Source of the DNA: Burkholderiales bacterium
GTDB taxonomy: Bacteria > Pseudomonadota > Gammaproteobacteria > Burkholderiales > SG8-39
Assembly: GCA_050248795.1 (NCBI GenBank)
Contig: JBFWRS010000002.1
Coordinates: 69,018 to 133,017 of the forward strand
Reading direction: 5' to 3'
DNA: 64,000 nt
The position numbers were made by a program, and so were the translations under genes. Position 1 is the first letter of the stretch; each line of letters starts with the position of its first letter. The notes under the pieces were generated by a model, which was not told where the DNA came from, made no database searches, and saw nothing but the letters and a program-made list of their open reading frames with translations. Of the stretch, positions 1-7,780 are shown one piece after another.

Positions 1-142
1 ACGCGCCCTGCATCTTGAGGACGATCGGCGACTGCGTGCGCCCGATCATCGGGAAGCCGAGCGTCGCCGCTCCGGCCGTGGCTGCAGCAGCGCCAGTCAG
101 GAACCTGCGCCGTTTCGCCTGCGTAGTGTCTTGCGTGCTCAT
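1..142 (-). CDS. TRAP transporter substrate-binding protein (DctP/TakP-like), N-terminal part only, runs off the window
   Basis: Hand translation MSTQDTTQAKRRRFLTGAAAATAGAATLGFPMIGRTQSPIVLKMQGA. Tat motif RRRFL; GGAGGAG SD just upstream. Not in the ORF track. Confidence 0.65.
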   Translation of the reverse strand, partial: MSTQDTTQAKRRRFLTGAAAATAGAATLGFPMIGRTQSPIVLKMQGA

Positions 143-275
143 TGTTGATCCTCCTCCGTCTCGATTGGTGTCTCAGGCCCGCCCGGGGATGCTGCGGCAT
201 GCTGGCGGTGACAGGTCCATTCTAGCCCTCGCTCTCCGGTAGCCGCAAGCCGGGGCGGGACGGCTATCCGGATAC

Positions 276-289
276 TTGACCACGGTCAA
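276..289. promoter_or_regulatory. FNR/CRP-family-like palindrome TTGAC-N4-GTCAA
   Basis: TTGACCACGGTCAA, a perfect inverted repeat, upstream of a minus-strand TAGAAT (224..219) preceding the TRAP gene. Confidence 0.5.
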
Positions 290-318
290 GCTTTTGGCGC
301 CCCGCAAGGGTGTATCGA

Positions 319-2004
319 TCAGCGCAGGTAGTACAGCAACAGATACCCGAGCAGCATCGCCATCACCCACAATGCCATGGCGCGGGTGCTGCGCGCGCGC
401 ATCAGCATGCTGCCGGGGCGGGTTTCGCGCTCCAGCAGCGACTCCAGGCGCTGCAGCGCCGGCGCAAACGCGCCGGCCCACGCGGATCGAACAATTGCAA
501 ACAGCTGCTCCAGCCGCAATGCCAGCGCGGGAAACAGGCGCCGGTAGAACCAGTCGAGGTCCAGCGTGATCGTCAGCGTGCGCTTCAGTTGCGGCAACAG
601 CACGAAGAACGCAAGCCCCGAGAACAGCAGCAACTGCAGTTGCGCGAGCACGTGCGCGCCGGTGTACGGCTCGTAGTCGGCCTGGTACGGCAGCAGCGCG
701 TACAGCGCCTCGGGCCAGATGCCCAGCGCGATACACAGGAACGCGAAAACGACCATCGCCGCGCGCATGCTCGCCGGCGGCTCCGGCGGACGCAGCCCGG
801 AATCCTTCTGGAAGAAGACGAACCACGGGAACTTGATTCCCGCGTGCAGGAACACGCCCGCCGAGGCCGCGGTCAGCAGCAGCCAGACGCCGAGCAGGTG
901 GCCGTCGGCCGCCGCCTGCGAGATCATGGACTTGGAGATGAATCCGGAGGTGAGCGGGAACGACGAAATCGCCAGCGCGCCGATAGAACCGCACAGCGTG
1001 GTCAGCGGCATGCTGTGGAACAGCCCGCCCAGTTCCGAGCACTTGCGCCGCCCCGCCATCAGCAGCACCGAACCCGCAGACATCAGCAGCAGCGCCTTGT
1101 AGATGATGTGCGTGAACGCGTGCGCGGCGGCGCCGTTCAGCGCCATTTCGGTGCCGATGCCGATGCCCGCGATCATGAAGCCGACCTGGTTGACGATCGA
1201 GTACGCGAGGATGCGGCGCATGTCGTTCTCGAGCAGCGCGTAGACGATGCCGTAGAACACCATGAACAGGCCCACCCACACCAGCACCTCGGCGCCGGGG
1301 AAGCCGCGCAGCAGCACGTACACCGCGGTCTTGGTGGTGAACGCCGACAGGAACACCGTGCCGCTCCAGGATGCCTCGGGGTACGCGTCCGGCAGCCACG
1401 CCGACAGCGGCGGCGCGCCGGCGTTGACCAGGAAGCCGGCGAGGATCAGCCAGTGCGCGACCGAATCCGGCGCCATCGCCGTGAACGCGACGCTGCCGGT
1501 TGCGGCGACGTGGCCGGCGATGCCCGCGAACAGCAGCACGCCGCCCAGGAGGTGGATCATCAGGTAGCGCAGGCTCGCCGTGTACGCGGGTCCGCCGCCG
1601 GCGCTCCAGATCACCAGCGTGGAACCGATCGCCATCAGCTCCCAGAACACGAACAGCGACACCAGGTCCCCGGCCAGCACCGCGCCCACCGCTGCGCCGG
1701 CGTAGACGAAGGCCGCGGGCACCTCCAGCCGGCTCTTCTGGCCGATCGCGAACAGACCGGCACCGGCCGCCATGAGGCTGAAGATGGTGGCGAACAGGCG
1801 CGACAACCGGTCGCCGGCGAGCGGCGCGAGGTCGTGGCCGAGGAAGCGCCACTGCCACGCCGGGCCGTCCGGCACCTGCCAGACGCAGTACAGCGCGGCC
1901 AGCGGAATCGCGACGATCGCCGCGCCGCGGACGCCGCCGCGCAGGAACGGCAGCAGGCACCCTCCCGCGATCAGCAGCAATGCCGGATGCAGGATCTCAG
2001 GCAT
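319..2004 (-). CDS. mrpD: Mrp/NuoL-M-N family antiporter-like subunit (third MrpD-like copy)
   Basis: FVFWEL, WLPDAYPEAS, RRILAYS motifs; highly hydrophobic; start at MPEILHP overlaps the upstream stop. Confidence 0.85.
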   Translation of the reverse strand: MPEILHPALLLIAGGCLLPFLRGGVRGAAIVAIPLAALYCVWQVPDGPAWQWRFLGHDLAPLAGDRLSRLFATIFSLMAAGAGLFAIGQKSRLEVPAAFVYAGAAVGAVLAGDLVSLFVFWELMAIGSTLVIWSAGGGPAYTASLRYLMIHLLGGVLLFAGIAGHVAATGSVAFTAMAPDSVAHWLILAGFLVNAGAPPLSAWLPDAYPEASWSGTVFLSAFTTKTAVYVLLRGFPGAEVLVWVGLFMVFYGIVYALLENDMRRILAYSIVNQVGFMIAGIGIGTEMALNGAAAHAFTHIIYKALLLMSAGSVLLMAGRRKCSELGGLFHSMPLTTLCGSIGALAISSFPLTSGFISKSMISQAAADGHLLGVWLLLTAASAGVFLHAGIKFPWFVFFQKDSGLRPPEPPASMRAAMVVFAFLCIALGIWPEALYALLPYQADYEPYTGAHVLAQLQLLLFSGLAFFVLLPQLKRTLTITLDLDWFYRRLFPALALRLEQLFAIVRSAWAGAFAPALQRLESLLERETRPGSMLMRARSTRAMALWVMAMLLGYLLLYYLR

Positions 2005-2311
2005 CCTCGCCTCCGCCGCCATCCGCGCGCCTGTCGTCGCGGTCGTAATCATCCGCGAGCCTGTCGTCGCGGTCGTAGTAGGTGTCCGGGCGCTTCAGCA
2101 GCAGGCCCAGGCCCTTGGCGACCGCAATCATCGCCGCGCAGGCAATGAATCCGTAGGCCGCATGGAATCCGAACAGCGCGTCGACGTCGAAATGCGGGTG
2201 CAGGTGCACCACCAGCTCGGCGGCGACCGTTGCCGCGAGCACGGCGAGGAAACCGCGCCACAACAGGCGCACATTGCGCGGCGAATCGAGCCAGTGCGGC
2301 TTGCCCATCAT
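1997..2311 (-). CDS. Small 2-TM membrane protein of the Mrp cluster with acidic C-terminal tail
   Basis: MMGKPHWLDSPRNVRLLWRGF...GFHAAYGF...LKRPDTYYD; ATGA overlap with the upstream mrpD. Confidence 0.75.
   Translation of the reverse strand: MMGKPHWLDSPRNVRLLWRGFLAVLAATVAAELVVHLHPHFDVDALFGFHAAYGFIACAAMIAVAKGLGLLLKRPDTYYDRDDRLADDYDRDDRRADGGGGEDA
2021..2080. repeat. 30-bp imperfect tandem duplication
   Basis: atccgcgcgcctgtcgtcgcggtcgtaatc followed by atccgcgagcctgtcgtcgcggtcgtagta; encodes YYDRDDRLAD/DYDRDDRRAD. Confidence 0.85.
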
Positions 2312-3768
2312 GGCGCGGACACCAGTTGCCGCGCGAGCGCAAGCGGCAGCCCGGGCAGGAAGAAGAGCGCGATCGTGCCGGCCGCGGTGAACGACAGCGC
2401 GACCAGCATCGGCAGCGGCGCCTCGCCGTGGGCGTGCGAACCCGCGGGCGGCGCGCGGAAGAAGGCGCGATGCACGATCGGCAGGAAGTAGCCCGCGTTG
2501 AGCAGCGTGCTGGCGCAGACCACCGCGACCGCGAACCAGTTCGCCGTGCCCATCGCCCCCGCGAGCAGGTACCACTTGCTGACGAAGCCCGCTGCGGGCG
2601 GCAGGCCGATCATCGACAGCGCGCCTATCGTGAACGCGATCATGGTCACCGGCATGCGCCGGCCGATGCCGTCGAGCTGGCTGACCTCGGTCTTGTGCGC
2701 GGCGGTATAGATGGCGCCGGCAGCGAAGAAGAGCGTAATCTTGCCCACCGCGTGCACGGCGATGTGCAGCGCCGCGGCGATCACGGAAAACGGCGCCAGC
2801 AGCGCCGCCGCGAGTACCACGTAGGAGAGCTGGCTGACGGTGGAGTACGCGAGCCTGCGCTTCAGGTTGTCGGCGCGCAGCGCGACGATGGACGCGGCGA
2901 TGATGGTGAATCCGGCCACCAGCGACAGCCAGTCGGCGCCGCCCGCGGCCGCGAGCGAATCGACGCCGAACACGTAGACGATCACCTTGACGATGGAGAA
3001 CACCCCCGCCTTCACCACCGCGACCGCGTGCAGCAGCGCCGACACCGGCGTCGGCGCCACCATCGCCGCCGGCAGCCAGCGATGGAACGGCATCAGCGCC
3101 GCCTTGCCGATGCCGAACATGAACAGCGCGAGCAGGCCGCCCGCGGCCGCGCCATGGACCTTGTCCTTGAGGATGCCGCCGGGGGTGAATTCCAGCGTGC
3201 CGGCAAGCTGCCAGGTGACGATGATCCCGGGCAGCAGCAGCATGATCGACGTGCCGAGCAGCAACCAGAGGTACAGGCGCCCGCCGCGGCGCGCCTCCTC
3301 GCCGCCGTGGTGGGTGACGAGCGGCCAGGTGGCGAGCGTCAGCACCTCGTAGAACAGGAACAGCGTCAGCAGGTTGGACGAGAACGCGATTCCCATCGTC
3401 GCGAACAGCGACAGCGCGAAGCAGACGTAGAAGCGCGTCTGGTGCGGCTCGTCGTTGCCGCGCATGTACCCGATCGAGTACACCGAATTCAGTATCCACA
3501 GCGTCGAGGCGACCAGCGCGAACAGCATCCCGAGCGGCTCGACGCGCAGCCCGAGCGGGATCCCCGGCAGCATCTCGACCAGGTAGAGCTGCGGTATGCC
3601 GCCCGCGAGCACGGTGGGCACCAGCCCCGCCACGCAGGCGAGCAGCGCGACGGCGGTCGCGAGCGTCACCGTCTCGCGCAGGTTCGGCCAGCGGCCCGCG
3701 AGCGCGATCGCCAGCGCGCCGACCGCGGGCACTGCAAGCGAGCCGGCAAGGAGCTGCGCCGCGCTCAT
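2308..3768 (-). CDS. mrpD: Monovalent cation/H+ antiporter subunit D family (second copy)
   Basis: FLFYEVLT, GKAALMPFHRWLP, APTPVSALLHA, KRRLAYST; ATGA coupling. Confidence 0.88.
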   Translation of the reverse strand: MSAAQLLAGSLAVPAVGALAIALAGRWPNLRETVTLATAVALLACVAGLVPTVLAGGIPQLYLVEMLPGIPLGLRVEPLGMLFALVASTLWILNSVYSIGYMRGNDEPHQTRFYVCFALSLFATMGIAFSSNLLTLFLFYEVLTLATWPLVTHHGGEEARRGGRLYLWLLLGTSIMLLLPGIIVTWQLAGTLEFTPGGILKDKVHGAAAGGLLALFMFGIGKAALMPFHRWLPAAMVAPTPVSALLHAVAVVKAGVFSIVKVIVYVFGVDSLAAAGGADWLSLVAGFTIIAASIVALRADNLKRRLAYSTVSQLSYVVLAAALLAPFSVIAAALHIAVHAVGKITLFFAAGAIYTAAHKTEVSQLDGIGRRMPVTMIAFTIGALSMIGLPPAAGFVSKWYLLAGAMGTANWFAVAVVCASTLLNAGYFLPIVHRAFFRAPPAGSHAHGEAPLPMLVALSFTAAGTIALFFLPGLPLALARQLVSAP

Positions 3769-5246
3769 CGCACGCCCTCGAGCAGCGCGCGCGCGGCCGC
3801 CGCGGCGCCGTCCACCACCGGGGTGCTGTAGACGCCCGAGGCCACCACCAGCGCCGCGAGTCCGAGCGCCGGCACCAGCATCGCCGCGGGCGCCTCGCGC
3901 ACGTCGGCGAGCGCCGGCCCGGGCTGGCGCAGGTACGCCACCTCGACGAAGCGGTACATGTAGGCGAGCGCGATCAGCGAACTGGCCACCGGCAGCATGG
4001 CGATGACCCAGGCATCGCGCTCCACCGCCGCGATCACCAGGTACCACTTGGTGACGAAGCCCGCGGTAGAGGGCACGCCCACCAGGCTCATGCCGCCGAG
4101 CACGATGCCTGCGCAGGTCAGCGGCATGCGTTGCGCGATCCCGGCGAGCCGGTCGAAACTCACGCTGCCCGCGCGCGCCGCTATGCCGCCCACCAGCATG
4201 AACAGCGTGGCCTTGGTGATGCCGTGGTTGAACAGGTGCGCCACCGCCGCGGTCAGGCCGGTCTGCGACGCGAAGCTGATGCCTAGCGTGATGTAGCCGA
4301 TCTGGCCGACGCTGGAATACGCCAGCATGCGTTTCAGGTCGTTCTGGAACACCGCGATCGCAGAAGCGATGAACATCGCCGCCACCGAGAGCACCAGCAG
4401 AATCTCTTCCATCGGCAACGAATCGACGACGGTACGCTGGCCGAACACGGTGAAGTAGAAGCGCAGCAGCGCGTAGATCGACACCTTGGTCGCCGTGCCG
4501 GCGAGCAGCGCCGCCACCGCGGAGGGCGCATACGCGTAGGCATTCGGCAGCCAGGCATGCAGCGGGAACAGCGCCAGCTTCAGGCAGATCCCCACCGTCA
4601 GGAAGGCGAGCGCCGCGAGCACCGGGCGATGGCCCGCGTCCTCGGGCAGCCGCTGCGCGATGTCGACCATGTTGAGCGTGCCGGTCGTGATGTACAGCAG
4701 GCCGACGCCGATGACGATGAAGGTGGCGCCGACGGTGCCGAGGATCAGGTACTGGTAGGCAGCCACCAGCGCGCGCCGGTCGCGGCCAAGCGCGACCAGC
4801 ACGTAGGTCGCCAGCGACGAGATCTCCAGGAACACGAAGAAGTTGAACGCGTCGCCGGTGATCGCCATGCCGAGCAGGCCGGCAAGGCACAGGCACAGCA
4901 TGGCGTAGAAGAGGTAATGCTGCTCGCGCGGCACCTCGATCTCGACGCTGCGCCTCGCGTACGGAACCACGAACACCGCGATCAGGCTTACCAGCACCAG
5001 CACGAATGCGTTGGCTGCGTCGACGCGGTACTCGATCCCCCAGGGCGGCGCCCAGCTGCCGAGCGCATACGAGATGTAGCCGCCGCCGATGACGCGCGAC
5101 AGCAGCGCGAGCGACACGCCCAGCGAACTCAACGCCGACGCCATCGCCAGCACCCACGCCAGCCCCGCATGGCGCGCAAGCACCGCAAGCGGCGCGGCGA
5201 TCAGCGGCACCACGACCTGCAGCGCGGGAAGGTGTTCGGCGATCAC
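3765..5246 (-). CDS. mrpD: Monovalent cation/H+ antiporter subunit D (first copy)
   Basis: GDAFNFFVFLEI, LKLALFPLHAWLP, KRMLAYSS. Confidence 0.9.
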   Translation of the reverse strand: MIAEHLPALQVVVPLIAAPLAVLARHAGLAWVLAMASALSSLGVSLALLSRVIGGGYISYALGSWAPPWGIEYRVDAANAFVLVLVSLIAVFVVPYARRSVEIEVPREQHYLFYAMLCLCLAGLLGMAITGDAFNFFVFLEISSLATYVLVALGRDRRALVAAYQYLILGTVGATFIVIGVGLLYITTGTLNMVDIAQRLPEDAGHRPVLAALAFLTVGICLKLALFPLHAWLPNAYAYAPSAVAALLAGTATKVSIYALLRFYFTVFGQRTVVDSLPMEEILLVLSVAAMFIASAIAVFQNDLKRMLAYSSVGQIGYITLGISFASQTGLTAAVAHLFNHGITKATLFMLVGGIAARAGSVSFDRLAGIAQRMPLTCAGIVLGGMSLVGVPSTAGFVTKWYLVIAAVERDAWVIAMLPVASSLIALAYMYRFVEVAYLRQPGPALADVREAPAAMLVPALGLAALVVASGVYSTPVVDGAAAAARALLEGVR

Positions 5247-5629
5247 GCTTGCGGGTCTGCCGGTGTCTCGGCGTCGCGCTGCAGGATCTCCTCCTCCTCG
5301 ATGCTGCCGTAGGCTTCGCTGATGCGCACCACGAGCGCCAGCCCGAGCGCCATCGTGGCGATCCCCACCACGATGGCGGTAAGGATCAGCACGTGCGGCA
5401 GCGGGTTCGAATAGACGCTGAACCCCGGGGCGACGATGGGCGCGGTGCCGCCGATCAGCTTGCCGGGCGCGATGTACAGCAGGTACACCGAGGTCTGGAA
5501 AATGGCGAGGCCGATGAGCTTCTTGACCAGGTTCGCGCGCGCGATGACCACGAACAGCCCGGCGACCATCAGGAACACCGTGATCGCGTAGCTGAAGTGG
5601 CTGAGCAGCGCCTGGGGCAGGTCCTGCAC
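5243..5629 (-). CDS. mrpC: Cation/H+ antiporter subunit C
   Basis: NLVKKLIGL, NPLPHVLILTAIVVG; GTG start. Confidence 0.88.
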   Translation of the reverse strand: MQDLPQALLSHFSYAITVFLMVAGLFVVIARANLVKKLIGLAIFQTSVYLLYIAPGKLIGGTAPIVAPGFSVYSNPLPHVLILTAIVVGIATMALGLALVVRISEAYGSIEEEEILQRDAETPADPQA

Positions 5630-5631
5630 GC

Positions 5632-6057
5632 TCAATCCCCGTCGCGCCCGCGCGAGGCGAACATGTAGAACACCTTCAGCATCACGCCGGACACGGTGAT
5701 CGCCACGCCCGCCTCCACCCAGAAGATGCCGCGATGCTGGCCGTTCACGGGGTCGGCGGACAGCACGAAATAATCGAGGTAGTTGCCGCCCAGCACGATG
5801 CCTGCCACGCCGACCAGCGCATACAGCAGCACGCCGGCGGCCATCATGGTCTCCACCAGCCAGTCCGGCACCACCTTGCGCGCGACCGGCAGGCCGAAGA
5901 TCACGCCGTACAGGATGATCGCCGCGGCCGTGATCACGCCCGCCTGGAACCCCCCGCCCGGGCCGAAGTCGCCATGGAACTGCACGTACAGCGCGAACAG
6001 CACCATGAACGGGATCATCAGCTTGCTGACGACCCGGAGTACCAGGTAGCCCTTCAC
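5632..6057 (-). CDS. mrpB: Na+/H+ antiporter subunit B
   Basis: HGDFGPGGGFQAG motif; GTGA overlap with the upstream gene. Confidence 0.88.
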   Translation of the reverse strand: MKGYLVLRVVSKLMIPFMVLFALYVQFHGDFGPGGGFQAGVITAAAIILYGVIFGLPVARKVVPDWLVETMMAAGVLLYALVGVAGIVLGGNYLDYFVLSADPVNGQHRGIFWVEAGVAITVSGVMLKVFYMFASRGRDGD

Positions 6058-6587
6058 TTGCGCTCCTTGCGCCTGCGGCGCAGCAGGGCGACCACGCCGA
6101 TGCCCGCGGTGAACACCACCGCGGTCTCGCCCAGCGTGTCGTAGCCGCGGTAGCTTGCAAGCACCGCGGTGACGACGTTCGGGATGCCGGTCTCTCGCGG
6201 CCCGTCCTTGAGGTATCGCGGCTGCACGTGCTGGTGCATCGGCGCATTCGCATCGGAGAACGCGGGCAGGCCGAGCGTGCCGTACACCAGCACGCCGCCG
6301 ATCGCGACCGCGAGCGCGAGCGGCAGCCACTGCCCGCGCATCGGCCGCGCCTCGTCGCCGCGCGTCAGGTGCAATGCACCGAGCATCAGCACGGTCGAGA
6401 TGCCCGCACCGACCGAGGCCTCGGTCATCGCCACGTCCACGGCATCCAGCGCAACCAGCACGGTCGCCATGAGGAAGCTGTAGATGCCGAACAGCACCAC
6501 GGCGGCGAAGAGGTTGCGCTGGACGACGATGCCGAGTACGGTCACCCCCATCATCACCAGCAGCACGTTGACCACTACCGCTTCGAT
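6054..6587 (-). CDS. DUF4040/MnhB-type subunit (equivalent to the MrpA C-terminal part); start is ATC 6587 or GTG 6575
   Basis: ALDAVDVAMTEASVGAG and NVVTAVLASYRGYDTLGE motifs. Confidence 0.8.
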   Translation of the reverse strand: MEAVVVNVLLVMMGVTVLGIVVQRNLFAAVVLFGIYSFLMATVLVALDAVDVAMTEASVGAGISTVLMLGALHLTRGDEARPMRGQWLPLALAVAIGGVLVYGTLGLPAFSDANAPMHQHVQPRYLKDGPRETGIPNVVTAVLASYRGYDTLGETAVVFTAGIGVVALLRRRRKERK

Positions 6588-6904
6588 GGCGGCCTCCGTT
6601 GCGGTCCGAGGAGCGGCTCGAGCCCGCGTGCGAGCGCCGCCTTGGCGAGCGCGTGCGTCGCCGTCGGCGAGGCGAAGAAGATCAGCAGCCCGATCACCGC
6701 CAGCTTCGCCGCGACCAGCGTGAACCCGGCCTGCAGCGCAAGCCCCGCCAGGATCAGGCCCGCGCCCATGGTTTCGACCAGGCTCGCGGCGTGCATGCGG
6801 GTGTAGAAGTCCGGCATGCGCAGCATGCCGATGCCGCCGACGACGCAGAAGAAACCGCCGCCGGCGAGCAGCGCGAAGCTGAGGGCGTCCAGCACGGCAT
6901 CCAT
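6575..6904 (-). CDS. mrpG: Cation/H+ antiporter subunit G
   Basis: RMPDFYTRMHAA, SPTATHAL. Confidence 0.9.
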   Translation of the reverse strand: MDAVLDALSFALLAGGGFFCVVGGIGMLRMPDFYTRMHAASLVETMGAGLILAGLALQAGFTLVAAKLAVIGLLIFFASPTATHALAKAALARGLEPLLGPQRRPPSKR

Positions 6905-7188
6905 CAGCGTGCGTCCTCGGCACCCTCGCCGGGCGAGCCGAGGTCGCCGTAGCGGAAGAACTTCAGTATCGCGATCGTGCCGACCATGTTGAGCAAACCG
7001 TAGGTGATGGCAAGGTCGAGGAACTCGGGCCTGCCGTTGAGGAAGCCGATCACGGCGAGCAGCAGCATCGCCACGGTTCCGATGGTGTTGCCGGCAAGCG
7101 CGCGGTCGAACACGGTCGCACCGAGCAGCGCGCGCGCGAGGACCAGCGCGAGCGTGACGAGCAGCGCGAACGTCGCCACCGCGAACAT
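6904..7188 (-). CDS. mrpF: Cation/H+ antiporter subunit F
   Basis: GATVFDRALA, FLDLAITY; 94 aa, three hydrophobic segments. Confidence 0.85.
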   Translation of the reverse strand: MFAVATFALLVTLALVLARALLGATVFDRALAGNTIGTVAMLLLAVIGFLNGRPEFLDLAITYGLLNMVGTIAILKFFRYGDLGSPGEGAEDAR

Positions 7189-7664
7189 CAGCGCTGCCCC
7201 TCGAAGCGCGACACGCGCAGGTCCATCTCGCCGCCTTCCATGCCTTCGGCGGACTCGCGTACCAGCGCGTGCACCAGGAACTCCTGCGGCCCGGCCTCGA
7301 TGCTCACCGTTCCCGGCGTCAGCGTGATCGAGTTCGCATGCACCGTGAGGCCGACATGCGTGCGCTGCCCGGGGCGAAAGCGCACTAGCGCCGGATCGAT
7401 CGGCAGGCGCGGGTCGAGGATCACGCGCGTCACCTGCCACGCCGACTTCACGATCTCCTTCAGCAGCCACGGCCAGTACCACAGCGCGCCCGCGCCCAGG
7501 TGCACCGGATGGCCTTCGTGGTCTATCAGGTCCATGCGGCGCGCGAGGAACACGACCGCGGCGGCGCTCAACGCCCCCATCGCGAGCAGGAACGGCACGA
7601 ACATCCCGGACAGCAGCAGCCAGAAGGCGAACAGCGTTGCCGCCAGACTGATTGCGCGAATCAT
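7188..7664 (-). CDS. mrpE: Na+/H+ antiporter subunit E
   Basis: [10 protein letters not shown] motif. Confidence 0.9.
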   Translation of the reverse strand: MIRAISLAATLFAFWLLLSGMFVPFLLAMGALSAAAVVFLARRMDLIDHEGHPVHLGAGALWYWPWLLKEIVKSAWQVTRVILDPRLPIDPALVRFRPGQRTHVGLTVHANSITLTPGTVSIEAGPQEFLVHALVRESAEGMEGGEMDLRVSRFEGQR

Positions 7665-7729
7665 CGCCCGCTCTCTCCCCTTGCATGAACGTCGCGCCGT
7701 GCGCGGCGCGTTCCGCCATGTTGTGGCGG

Positions 7730-7769
7730 ATTCTATTACACGCGTGTCGCAGTTCGAGTTGGTTAGAAT
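7730..7769. promoter_or_regulatory. Back-to-back sigma70-like -10 elements of the two Mrp operons
   Basis: TAGAAT on minus at 7735..7730 and TAGAAT on plus at 7764..7769. Confidence 0.5.
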
Positions 7770-7780
7770 CGGCCGGACCG

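Noticed and set aside
2021-2080. 30-bp repeats as a possible mini-CRISPR
   Set aside because: Two adjacent copies with no spacer, in frame within a CDS, and no cas genes
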